From Paraspadella gotoi (taxonomy: Eukaryota; Animalia; Chaetognatha), in contig CM119266.1 of the NCBI GenBank assembly GCA_051294375.1, positions 16,796,087 through 16,860,086 of the forward strand: 64,000 nucleotides of DNA, written 5' to 3'. Below are positions 9,938-64,000 of the stretch, piece after piece. Under the pieces are notes generated by a model. The model was given only the letters and a program-made list of their open reading frames with translations. It made no database searches and was not told the DNA's origin. The position numbers and the translations under genes were made by a program. Every line of letters begins with the position of its first letter. Within the stretch, counting starts at the first letter, position 1.

Positions 9938-12900
9938 CTTCTCCTCTCTCTCTCTCTTCTCTCTGCCGCGTTAATCGTTCCGATATCCTCTTCCTCTTCC
10001 TCCTTCTTATCTTTGAAACGCGGCTGATATCGCCGCGAATTCATTTTCGTCGTCGTCGTTGTCGTCGCTCGTCATCGATGTCATCGTCATCGTCATCCTT
10101 CACCACCCGCCAAAGTGAATATAAAAAAACGAAATTGAAGTCAACGTTTTCCGTTTAGTAATTTATGTATTCCACGGCTATTCGTGGTTGTAGTATGTTT
10201 ATTATGAAACAAGTTTATNNNNNNNNNNNNNNNNNNNNNNNNNAAGAAGACGAGATAATAAGCTGGTATGTGCGGTGGCTTCAGGCCGAATACTACTACT
10301 CACATTGTATCAGTCTTAATTTATTGAATGAGGACATCAGGTGACGAGGACAAAGATGCGAGCGAGGCTTGTGATCGGTTGGGAGTGGTTTCTAAAGTAT
10401 CAGGTTGATATTGTACAGCTGTGCTGGACATCTATAGACAGTCGTCTAATTCGAAAATACAAGTCTTTCGCCTGGGTACCTAACTTTTGACTTAGCATGC
10501 ATTCTATGCGTATCACGGTTGATCATTTAATCAATGAACATAGCATATTAAGGATTAGTTCGTTGATTGTCCTGATAGGCACAAAAGTGTCTGAACGATC
10601 TATCGCGCGTACATCGACTGTAATACACACTTGTATGCACTTACTTTTACGAAATGATGGATATATATGAACGAGAGCTGGAAATAGAGAGTGACTATTT
10701 TCCAAGCAATCTTATATTGCACATTGCTATATGGTGATATAATCAGACTCTACAGAAGCCACATGGATAGTGTCGAATTCTTGTAGTTATGGTCGATCTC
10801 TGAAGTTGCTTGCTGTTGAGTTATATGAGTATCTTTGTGGCCTATTTTTAATTAGATCGTGACTGAAATTTCATGAGATTGTTTAAGTTTTTGTAAGAAT
10901 GATTTTAATTTATTCATAGGGTGGATGTTTCATGATTTATCTCTGGTTAGGTGTTCAATGCGACTGTGCCGTCTGATGATGCGCATCATCATATCTGGAT
11001 ATGTTGACCATTATGCGTACTTGCGAGTGGTATCCGCTCAATTCTTTTTTTTCCCTTCGCTTAGATTTATCCTTTAATCAAGTTCAGCTATTATGTAGTA
11101 TACTTCTTAGCGGTCTCTCGTGCCCTGTCTGGTACTCTGAGCTTCCGCTCAGGCTGCGATGATCCATTGTAGGAGCGATATCATATAATCTCTTTGGTCT
11201 TATACCAACCTCTTGGAGTTGTTGTGGTTAGTTCCTCTCTTTATTTTGCTATTCTCTTTGACGCTAAGCATTCTGTAGTTCATGTGCATCGCGAATATCG
11301 GATACTGTTCTGACCGGCCTAGCACTTTATAAGTTTGGCGTTATTATGTCGTCTCTACCTAATTGAAGATGTAGCGAGGCGCGCGAAGAATTACTCTGCT
11401 TATCGCGGCTTTTTTAGGTCATTTTTGATTCGTTATTGGAATGATTTTACTTATTCGTGCTTGATACGCGTACTGTATATGTCAATCAGTGGCGCATAAT
11501 TGGAGCGGTCTTTATTAGTTCAGTTGTGTAGGAGATTTACGCCATGTTTATAATTAGTATTCTTGTACGTTTGTATAGAAAATATTATCTCCGACACTAA
11601 ACTCAAGGCGTCGAGTCGAGAGAGATGTCCTATATTTTGAGAGTCTGATAGGCTAAATTAAAGAAATCGTCGCGATCATGGTGATTAACATAGTAGTAGA
11701 GAGTATAGTTTATAGAATGTTTTCTGTTTAGTACTTTGTACTCTGTTGTCTGTGTGCGAGGCTGTAAAGATTAAGTATAATCTATTTCCCTTTTTTTTTT
11801 TTCTATCTGCCGTGAGAATTCATTGTACTGACTTTGTTGTGATATAATTGAGGCATGAAATGTGAATGTCGGTACTGATCAGCTGTCTGTCTGAAGTGTC
11901 TATCAAACGTTGGAAGATCGCCCGACGGACTTCACTCCACTCTGTGCGAATCTTCGTGTCTCTGTGCTAGAGTTGAGGCTTCAGGAAAGTCATATCTAAT
12001 TTTCATATACATTCTGGGTTTAAACGCACATAGATTTTGGAGAAACGATGGCTCGGCAGTATAGCGCAGTACGTGGTCGCTTAGGTGACCGGTATCTTGA
12101 TCGCGCTACGTATGCAGGTTAGAATAAAGATTGTCATGTCTTATACAGCTGTGTAGTAGAATAGTTAATAAACTAATTTTGTACTTACTATAGATGCGTG
12201 GAGTTTTTTAAATTAGCAATTCGACGAACAAAACTTTTTCCTGCTTTCTACCGGAACTTTGCCGATAGGATCAATCTCTTAACTACAAAAGAATGTGATT
12301 GAATTATTAAGATCGACTTAGCTATTCGGGTATTCTAATGAATAAGAAGGGGAAACGTCATTTAAAAAAATCTTATAAGTGTTGTAAATCGCTTCGGCGA
12401 TTTACTTTACCCTTGAATTTCGGTATTTTTTTTTCTTTTTTTTTCGTTCGTCATTTTTTTTCGTCACTCTTCTCTCTACTAGCAGGTTTTCTTTTATTTT
12501 TTATTAAAAGCATTTTGGTTCAGATTCCTATTGATTTTTATAGAGATTTGCTCTTTTGTCTGCACCCATCTATTCTTCACTTGTATTGCTTTATACAAAA
12601 TAGTATATTTGCATATTTTTTAACTTAGTTTTCCAGAGGGCACCATAAAAATAAAAAATTGTTAGGACAAAAGAATCTTTCTCCAGAGGTCCTTTTTTTT
12701 GTGAAACAAAATAATATTCAAATTAATTTTTTTTAATATTTTAAGCTTTATTTACTAAAGAGCTCCCCAAACAAAAGAGCATTCAATAAGATAAAGATAG
12801 CACTTTTGATTAAGTTTTAAAAATTACTTAGCAGATATCTTATTCTTTTTTTAAGAAACAAAGAACATACATAATAAATTTGATCTGCATCTACTCGATC

Positions 12901-14220
12901 TTCTTTTGCACCTGCTTTTTATACAAAATAGCAAATACAATGATGCAGAAGTTAAAAAAAATAGTACAGTACAGATTTAAAAAAAATAATACAAGGTTAA
13001 AAAAATAATGAAAGCTAAAAAATAATGCGAGTTGAAAAAATGATGCAAGTTGAAAGAATGATTTTAGTTGAAAAATGATGCAAGTTGAAAAGAATAATGC
13101 AAGTTAAAAAAAAATGATGCAAGTTAAAAAAATGATGCAAGTTAAAGAGAATGGTACAAATTAAAAAAAATAATATAAATTAAAAAAAAGATATTATTAA
13201 TGACGCAGTATCAGTTCAGTTTAAGCCCTTGAAAGCGATTTACATGTATTGGCGTAGCCACTGGTTATTCTAGTTTTTTTGTTTTTAAATCTATTCTCCC
13301 GTTTGAAAGCAAATTAGGAATTCCAGGATCTTAATTAACTTAATGGAGTTAAAGGTAAAAATTTTCATTGAGAGAAGAGTGAAATATTTAATTTGTCAAA
13401 TTCCTCATCTTTTCATTCCTCCTGTTCCATATTCCACCCCCTCGCCACCGCCGAGCCATCGACGCGACTGCCCATCGAGGCCCACCCGGGAGCGCGCACT
13501 GCCCCCTATACGGGAGACCAACAACCAAGTATCGTCTCTGGTCCTGTATAGGCGGAGGGCCGGCCATCGTTCCAAGATGAATATTTCATTTAGTTTCCCT
13601 ACCGTTTTGACATGGCTAACTGGAATCGCATTTCTGCCTTCCACTCTTTCTCATAAGCCCAAAAACTTTCAAGACTTACCCTTACCTTCCCTCTTCCGAA
13701 CTCTCTCTCCTGCTTCTTCTCTCTCTCCTCTCCTCATCTCACTCTTTCTCTCTCGTCTCTCTCTCACTCATCATCTCTCTCTCTCTCTCTCTCTCCTTCT
13801 CTCTTCTTCTCTCGCATCTCTCTCTCTCTCTCCTTTCTTTTATTCTGGGTTACTCTCTCCTCAACGGCGTATGTATCGGTTCCGAATAGATCCCTCATTC
13901 CCTCTTCCTCCTCACTTATACTAATAGAGGAAACGCGGGCTGAATATCAGGAGCTAATACGCGCAATTTCATTTTTCGGGTCCGTCGGTCGTTGTCGTCG
14001 ATCGTCATGTCGGGTCATCTTCCGGACGTCATCGTCCAAACGTCGACAGAAACGAAAAGGAACGCCACCGGACACAAAAAAGTAGGGAAAAAAGTAGAAA
14101 AGACGGGAAATTGAAGGTCAAAAAAACGTTTAGTGAACAGTTTAGAAATAGTAATATGTAGTATTCCACGGTATTGCGTGGTTGTGTTATGTTTGAGGTT
14201 CCATGAAACAAAGTTATATA
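7265..14220. repeat. Tandem duplication across a 25-N gap: ~7265-10218 is repeated as an error-rich copy at 10244-~14220
   Basis: 8418-9660 is near-identical to 12200-13440. The rest of the second copy matches with dense single-base insertions typical of an unpolished long read. Confidence 0.85.
9165..9390. repeat. Degenerate 17-19-bp minisatellite (AAAAATGATGCAAGTT); second copy at ~12940-13170
   Basis: Repeated aatgatgcaagttaaaa / aatgatgcaagttgaaa units are directly visible. Confidence 0.8.
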
Positions 14221-16044
14221 TATTAAAAAAAATTGGAGATCAATTATATTTTTTCAAGGGTAAAAAAATAAATACAACAAAAATGTATTTTCTTTATTGG
14301 ACAAAAGACTGCTGAACGGAAGAGAAACGCGGAATCTTTTGCCCCAGACACCCGTTAGAGAATTGTTTTCTGGTTTGATTAGTATGTAGAGCAGGGACGT
14401 GGGCGAGAACATATTCAGTCGCAGCGAATTTCGACCTTTCCGTCCATAAAAATGGGACAGTCATATCGGAAGCTGATGAGTATAATATATCAAATCATCG
14501 GCCTGGGATTTACCTATTTTTGTTCTTCGCCGGCGTCCCTCTTTGGCAATAGTTAATAACCACGGGAGCGCGCATTCTATCCTTGATATCTCTAGATGAC
14601 TCGCGGCTTCATGTTCCTCCGAATTAATTCATAATTTCTCTGTGTTATTTATTACGTTTCTTACTGGTCTTCTCCGGTTAATTTCTCTCTCTCCCTTTCG
14701 GGCCTTTCGCCGCCATAGTCCGCCGCCCCTTTCCGTCCTCAGCCGGTTCGGGCGCTTTTGTCTTACCCGAGAGTATCACAGCTCCTTGTTCTTCGGTTTT
14801 GCCTAAATGACGAGCTAATTTCAAGCGATCAGGGCCATCACTTACCCGAAACGCGCCACTCCTCTCTGACGATATCCCGAATCTCGCCTTTCTCTCATCT
14901 CCTCGACATCAATCTCCTCTTCTCACCTCGATCTCTCACACATCAACTCTCATCAACTCAAAATGAGAGATTGGAGCATGGGAATTCTGAATAACAATTT
15001 TTAAAAGAAATAGACGGGTAATGTGAAAACACCTACCCGTCACTGCCTCTTGGCTACCTCTCTCTCCGTCTCTTTCCTCCTCTCACTACAGATGTCCGAT
15101 GATCGCCCTCCCGTCCTCGCTTCATCTCTCCATCTCATCTCTTCACTCTCATCTCAATCTCTCTCCTCACATGTCCTCGTCGGTCTCTTCTTTGGTCCTT
15201 CTGTCTCTCCTCTCGATCTCACCTAGCCTCCTCCTACTCTCCTCTTCCCGAACGTATTTTGCTACATCTAAGCATCCGATCTAGTGAGGATTCCTCCATA
15301 GGCTCTTAAATCGTTAATTTGTATTATTTATTTTTCTTCTCTGATAATTCTTTCTCCTCTCTCTCCTCTCAGGTCCACTCTGGGACAGACAGATCGGAGA
15401 TCCCTTTGGAAACAGGGCGACGGCAGCCAGTAATAGAAAGCAGATTAATCCGTCCTTTTGTGAGGAGGCCGAGTGGGCGAGGTTTCGATACCGTTTCACT
15501 GGTGCGTCGGAGAATCACAGTCTTAGCATTTCTCTTGCGTCTCGCCACAGAACCCTTCCCCAACAACCAACAGTTACTTCCACACGAGTCTCCAACTCGA
15601 CGTGAAAAACATTTACGTTCTGAGGATGAAGATTTGCATTTTACCGCGGGTTTTGCGCATGCGCGTATTAATCACGTCGAACTCGTAACTCGAAAATGGC
15701 GCCTCGATTATCCGCCGAGAACGGCGTTCCGGCGGCGCAGGTCGCCGAGTTTTCCCCAGCCGTGCGAAACGACGACGCCCGAACTGGTCGAACGTGGACG
15801 CGAACGTCGCCGGACTTATCATCCGCGCGTGCGATGCATGCGCGCATTTCGTCGCACGTAACTGAAATAAAAGGAGTTGAAGACTGCACGATTCCATCGG
15901 CGACGCCCGTTTCTTCCTTAACGACGCGCGCCATTTCGACGCCGGGTCGAAGAGACTCGAGATTGAGAAGAGACTCAGAATCGTCGACCCTTTCGACATC
16001 GCTGTCGACAATGTCTTCAACGTCGTTGTCTTTATCAACAACGA

Positions 16045-16060
16045 TATCATCATCATCAAT

Positions 16061-16099
<39 letters not shown>

Positions 16100-16232
16100 G
16101 ACATCAACATCATCATCATCATCATCATCATCCTCATCATCGACATCAACATCATCATCATCATCACCATCATCATATCATCATCATCATCATCATTCAT
16201 CATCACAATCATCATCCATCATCATCATCAAC
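16045..16232. repeat. (ATC)n microsatellite
   Basis: Imperfect CAT/ATC run that produces the poly-S, poly-M, poly-D and poly-H ORFs in the track. Confidence 0.9.
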
Positions 16233-16299
16233 ATCGTCACTTCCGTCGCCATCTTCGTCAGTCTCGCCAACGCCGTCATCTTCTCCAAAAATCCCATCT

Positions 16300-58519
<42,220 letters not shown>

Positions 58520-60282
58520 ATTGATGAGTGGGTTGTAAAAAGAAATGAAAACAGCCAACGCATTTTATCAGTCAAATTCAAACCCCTATAGTCTATGATA
58601 ATGATTTTTTTAAGTCTTAAAGGGTAATCCGAAAGTGAGCATTTACGTCGTGACAAAATAAAGAGTGATTATTGATTAAGTTCCATTTTCATGTCTAATA
58701 TTCACTTTCTTACCCTCGCATCCCCCCCTCGCCCCACCCGGCTGCTCTTGCGAACGACCTTACCTACTTATCCTGACCCCGGTGACGTTTCCGTCCGAAA
58801 TACGAAAACCACAAACGTCCAGAAAATCCTTGTGCCTTTTTTATTTGGGAGTAATCTTTTTTTTTTTTTTGTACAGGTTTCTCGCATTCAAATGAATATT
58901 GTTGGTGGGAAGTTTTTGTCACTTCAGTCGCCGAATCCCTAAAATGATCACTTTTATAATCAACCCAACTTCTTCTTTTCGCAAAAGTCTCTACTTATTT
59001 TACTGTAGGAAAAATTGTAGCTCCTCGAGTTACCGGATCCATTTTCGAACTTATCCAATGCAAGAAACTGTCGCACGCGTGCACGGGAAATGATTTTTTT
59101 TTATTTATTAAAAAAAAAACAAAAACAAAAAACTGTGGTTGTCTCAAATTGAGGCGTAGTTAGAATGCAATGTCCAATAAATACACACGCTAAACAAATG
59201 CGTTTCATTTGCCCGTTTGACGACTACCGCGTTTGTCTGCTATATTATTGTTACACCATTTCATCCTAACATTCCGATAAATAAACATATCAAATTTTTG
59301 TGTATAGACTTCTTTTAACTTTCTCAGCCTAGACACTAAGGAAACATTTTGACGGCTGAAAAAAAGTGAATGTAGTGACTAAGTGTGAGTCGAGAAAATT
59401 TTAAAAAACCACTGCCGCTTGTCAGCAGATTTTGATTACTAATAATAAAATCGATATCCTTGGAATGGGAAAATGATTCAAAATTACAATATTGGGCGAA
59501 AAAAAAATGTGACTAAAGGCAAAGCCTTCAACATTCTTTGGTTATGATTAAAAATTATATAATTCAGTAATTAATCGTTTATTTTTATCGTTATCAAATT
59601 AGTTTTCGTCTTCGCTATCGTCCCAGCCGATGTCATTTCCGACATCTTCGTCGTCCTGGCCGCCATCGTCTCCCTAATCGTCGGCAAATGAGGGATCGAG
59701 AATCGACAAAAAAAAAAATCACAGCGTAACTCGTTGTTGAGAATCTAAGGGCGGGAATCGCCTCCACCGCCGCCGCCGCCGCCGCCGCCTCCACCACCGC
59801 GGCTGGCCGAAAGCGTTAGACCGAATATCGAATCGGGAGCAGAAAATCTCGCCTTTAATTCTCCCCAAAAAAAAGAAAAAATTTCAGTCGCCCAAAAGTC
59901 GGGGAAAAAGTGGACGTAAACAAAATTATAATTATAAAAAATATTTCGGGCCGAATTAAAGAAGAGAGAGAGAGAGAGAGAGAGTGAGAGTGAGAGTGAG
60001 AGTGAGAATGAGAAAGAGAGAGACAATGATGGTCAGACAGAAAGGGAGATGTTAAATTCTGCGCCTAATTCGTCCCTTTTTTTTTATTTTTCACTTCCCT
60101 TATTTATTTCACGAAGACAAATCTTATTCGTCGTACTTTTTTCTCGATCGAAAGAAACATAAATAATGAAAACAAAAAAGACATTCATTGACTTGAAACG
60201 ACTTTTGTCTGCTTTCGGCTCAAAAGGAGGTGATTATTAGTTTAGTTTGGCATCACTAATTCACTTATTCATTTGTTTTAAG

Positions 60283-61204
60283 ATGGAAAGCGACATAATA
60301 GAAGCTCCAAGTGCGGCAAATGCGGATACAATAAACGACACACAAGACCCGTTTTACTCCGAGGTCCCAGCTTTTGACGCTGCGACGTCGCCAACTTCAG
60401 CCGACAACGTATTGTATTCGTCCCCATGGAGACAAAGCGACATCTATGTAACTAAGCCGGAGACGACGACTTCGTTGCGGCAATCTGTGATAATCGACCC
60501 GCTCAGCGACGCCACCGTCTACTCATTCGTTTATCCTCCTCAGAATTCCTCAGCCGAGGACTTCTCTTCCTTCTCCGCTTGTCCCATCAGCTCTGCCAAT
60601 TCTTCTCCGATCTTTGTCCCACCGACATCCGATGAGGGCGTTCTCACTCCTTCCGACTGCGCCACGCCCTCTTGCGGAATCAATCCGGCGTCTCACTCGA
60701 CTTCTTCCAATTCGCCACGGATCGCGACGCCCGAGCTGCCGCAGAAGATGAAGCGATTATCCACGTCGATGTCCATCTCCATGGAGAGGTCCGATATTTT
60801 TATTTCCCTTTAAATATACTATTTAGTTTTATATTCTTTTATATATTACTTTTTTTTTTCCTTTTTAAAGAATCCCAATTACTTTTAAAAACCCAATCGT
60901 ATATATATATCGTTGGGCCACATGAGCGGCAGAAGGAGACCCCTAACTTATGATATGTACAACAATGTATTAATTTAGTTTACGAATTCCTACTCCAATT
61001 AAATCCGGATAATCATGATAAAACTTTTATTTCGATTTCGAAAAATGAGGGCAATGCGGGCGTCCAATCGACTATGCATCATCGCATTTATTGTAACGTT
61101 ACGTGTTTAGTTCTACAATTATTTCTTTTAGTATATTTTACGGAAGTCATCTCCATTCTCCAACCCACTTAGCGACTTACTACTACTTAAAATAACGTTT
61201 TATA

Positions 61205-61250
<46 letters not shown>

Positions 61251-62163
61251 CTGATTGACGGATTGATTTAATTTATTTATTTTAGGATTTTCTCATCTTT
61301 TTCTGGTTTTGAAAAAAAAGTATTTGTTTTGTTCACTGAAAACGAATTTGTTTTATTTTCAGAAAAGAAATTCGTTGTCCGTGAACAAAAGAACAATTTT
61401 CCTTTATTTCTAATTTTAAACGCAACGAAATGATCAGCATGACAACGACTCTTAATAAACATTCTTTGTTAGTTAGCAGCTCTTTCACCTCGATATAGTT
61501 TCGGTATCCGTAGCCAGTTTTTCAACCCCACCTTCTCTAGCTATGAGATGTTAATCATTTTAACCCTGACAGCGGCGACATCTATTGCGTCTCAGTCTCC
61601 GAAAGACCGGAATTGGCGTCGACGCAGAAGAAGTTACCGGAGATCGATTTGCATCCGACGCCGCCGCCAAGAAAGCTCCATCCAAAGGTTGGTGGATTAG
61701 TTGAGGGGACTTCGCTTTGAATTGGTAGACTCTCGGTATGGATAGGTGTTAGTGGGTAGTGGGTAGCTAGAGGAGTTAGCTGACGTATTTTGGACGTTAA
61801 GGTCCTGATTTTGGTTAACAAGGTCTCTTAAAGCTTAAGAGAGATTTTTTTTTCAGTCGGTTGAGCTAACTTTAGAAGATTCACTTTCACTTTTTTAATG
61901 CCTTTTTTTTTCGGTAATGTGCACTTAATGCTCGCGTTCAAAGTTGAAAAAAAGTAGTTTTATTTTCCCCATGAGAATCTAAATCGTTCAACCTCAAAGT
62001 AGGACAATTTCAGGACCTTTAAGACTTCAACTTTTATCCATGAGCGATTTCTCCCATGGGCCGAAATAAAACCGCTGAGAATGAATCTCGCGATTTCGAT
62101 GTCGAATGTTAGGACATCGAACTTTCGTTTACGATGTTCGATGACGAAAGCTTTTTTTTTCCT

Positions 62164-62196
<33 letters not shown>

Positions 62197-63346
62197 CCCG
62201 TTTAGTCATCCGCCGCTCGTTCATTGGAATTTCCCCTCATCCGTCTAATTGGGTCATTCGAACCAGATTTTAGGCTTCTTTATTTTTTTTCCTACGACAC
62301 ACGCGCCGTATTTCCGCGGTACATCGTCGTATCTTTTACTTTGCGGCTTTGCTTAGTTTTTCTCTTCGCGATTCGTGACGTAGAAATCGTCGAAACGATA
62401 AAAACCAGTTTGTCTCCATGGAAGTCGATGAAAACCTTTCGCATTTTGGGATCGTTTCCGTTATTCAATCGTCGACTTTAATCTAAAACGATTAAAGACC
62501 CGAACTTTCGATTAAAAAAAAAAAAAGAAATTGGTTGTTATTCGATTACAATTGTTTTTAAAAATTAAAAGTACTTTTTTTAAAATTTTCTGACCTTTGA
62601 CAATCAGTTTTCACGGATCGAAGAAAAATTTAAATTATACGAACGAATATTTCACGGTAATAATGAAATCGTTTCCGACGGGGATTAAACGATAGAAACG
62701 TTGCGAGCCCGATGCGCAGTTTGGCTAATTTATAATGATCGAAGACAAATAGCGAAATCGTTTACGAAAATCGTTCTTTTGGGTTTGTGAAACAAATTTA
62801 TAAGAAAGTTAATTAATAATTATATCTTCGCGATCGTCATGTTTCGAAAAAAGTACGAAAAATTCTCTCCAAATAAAAAAATGGAAAAACGAGAAGGCGC
62901 CTTCTATATTGCGTACACGAGGGTAAGTGGCTCAATTTGTCGGCTCTCTCGTTCAAAAAAGTTAATAAATTAATAAATTGTACTAATCCAGTAATTTCAA
63001 TTTTTTTTAAAAAAGTTGATAGCTTACGTTATAGAAATTTAAAAAAAATCGGTTGTATTGTATTGTAGTTGAACATAGTCGTTAACCTTAATTCTATTAC
63101 TCCTTCAGAGAGAATTAGCTGTGGACCCGCAGCATCGCCTCCCTTTGACGGCCACCGTTTCCTCCAGCGCTAGTCTGCCCGCCTCTTCTTCCCCGCGCCA
63201 CGTCGTTTCACCCCGGCCCGCGACTCTGCCCGCCGCCGCCACTCACCACGTCACCGTCGCCAGTTCGGTGCCACGACTCGGTCGGTCGGTCGCTCTAGCC
63301 TCGACGGCGGCCGAATTCGTACCGCCACTGCCTCATAACTTTATAG
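60283..63346 (+). CDS. Ser/Pro-rich disordered protein with several Tyr and PxxP motifs; incomplete, no terminal exon found in the window
   Basis: Exons 60283-60788, 61573-61687 and 63109-63346 are phase-compatible (2, then 0). Motifs include FYSEV, LYSSP, IYVTK, TVYSFV, IYCVS, PELPQK, PTPPPRK and VPPLP. Confidence 0.7.
61207..61267. repeat. (TTGA)n microsatellite
   Basis: Directly visible. Other microsatellites include (TC)n at 51887-51998, 53791-53877 and 44120-44243, (GCC)n at 51350-51400 and (GAAA)n at ~57212-57275. Confidence 0.9.
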
Positions 63347-64000
63347 GTTCGTCATTGATTTGCTTTTTTCTTCCTATTTATTAAAATACTTTTCCTTTTT
63401 TTTCTACTTTTTTATAATCACTACATTAATTTCAACTTTTAACGTCATTTGTTTTTTTTTTACGATTAAACTCAAAAAGTGACATCTGTCAGAATTCTCG
63501 GAATGCGGAATCACCTCGATCATTTACCGTTTTTGTTTTTTGAAATTTTTTTTTGATGAACTGCGCTCCCGTAAGAAATTATTAGAAAAGCAACCAGAAA
63601 AATTTAGTTGATTATGCGATTATGTTAGATTACTGATACTATCAGCGCAGTTGTAAAATGAATAATTTCATTTGATTTATTTTCGACTGTTTTCGTTCCC
63701 GCCTCTGTTCGACCATAATCTTTCCCTTTCTTAACTCCTTTTTGTACAAGTTTTATCGCTTTGTATTGTTTTGTAAACCCCTTCCCTCCCCTAAGATCCT
63801 CCAGCCGAACCAGGGAAGGAACCCGACGCAAACGCCCCAACTCCCAGGCCGCGCACACGACGGTTCTTCATAGAAAAGTCCACCAAACCAGCGATCACAC
63901 AAAAAAATAAGATTCGCCGAGATATCTGATAAAAGAGTTTTCTATGCTCTGAAAAAGAATCTAAAAAACCGCAGTGACAACTTTGAGATCTGAAGATGCC

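Noticed and set aside
10244-12195. Apparently novel, repeat-free sequence
   Set aside because: It is an insertion-riddled long-read copy of ~7265-8420, not a diverged paralogue.
62165-62193. Poly-A tail of a retrocopy
   Set aside because: No TSD or recognisable body was found, and A-runs are common in this sequence.

Overview
This is eukaryotic (animal) genomic DNA: AT-rich introns with GT-AG splice sites, GC-rich exons and many (GA)n microsatellites. It comes from a draft assembly with five N-gaps and stretches of error-rich long-read fill. The main gene lies on the + strand (~16.3-58.5 kb) and encodes a secreted matrix protein with the order NtA/agrin-N-like, TSP1, TSPN/LamG, Thr-rich + TSP1, 7 EGF and a C-terminal EMI-like domain. 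Its introns hold a complete 5-exon antisense gene for an unrecognised type II membrane protein with a duplicated ~110-aa Cys/helical domain, a 4-kb 43-bp satellite, a MITE, and a large inverted/tandem duplication (18.5-39.6 kb) that is probably at least partly an assembly artefact. The flanks carry two Arg/Ser/Cys-rich basic-protein genes and two Tyr/Pro-motif-rich signalling-type genes. The most unusual element is a ~650-bp miniature LTR retrotransposon (TRIM) at 5980-6628 whose LTRs each contain a full-length tRNA-Gly(CCC)-like sequence. All gene models were spliced by hand and no database search was run.
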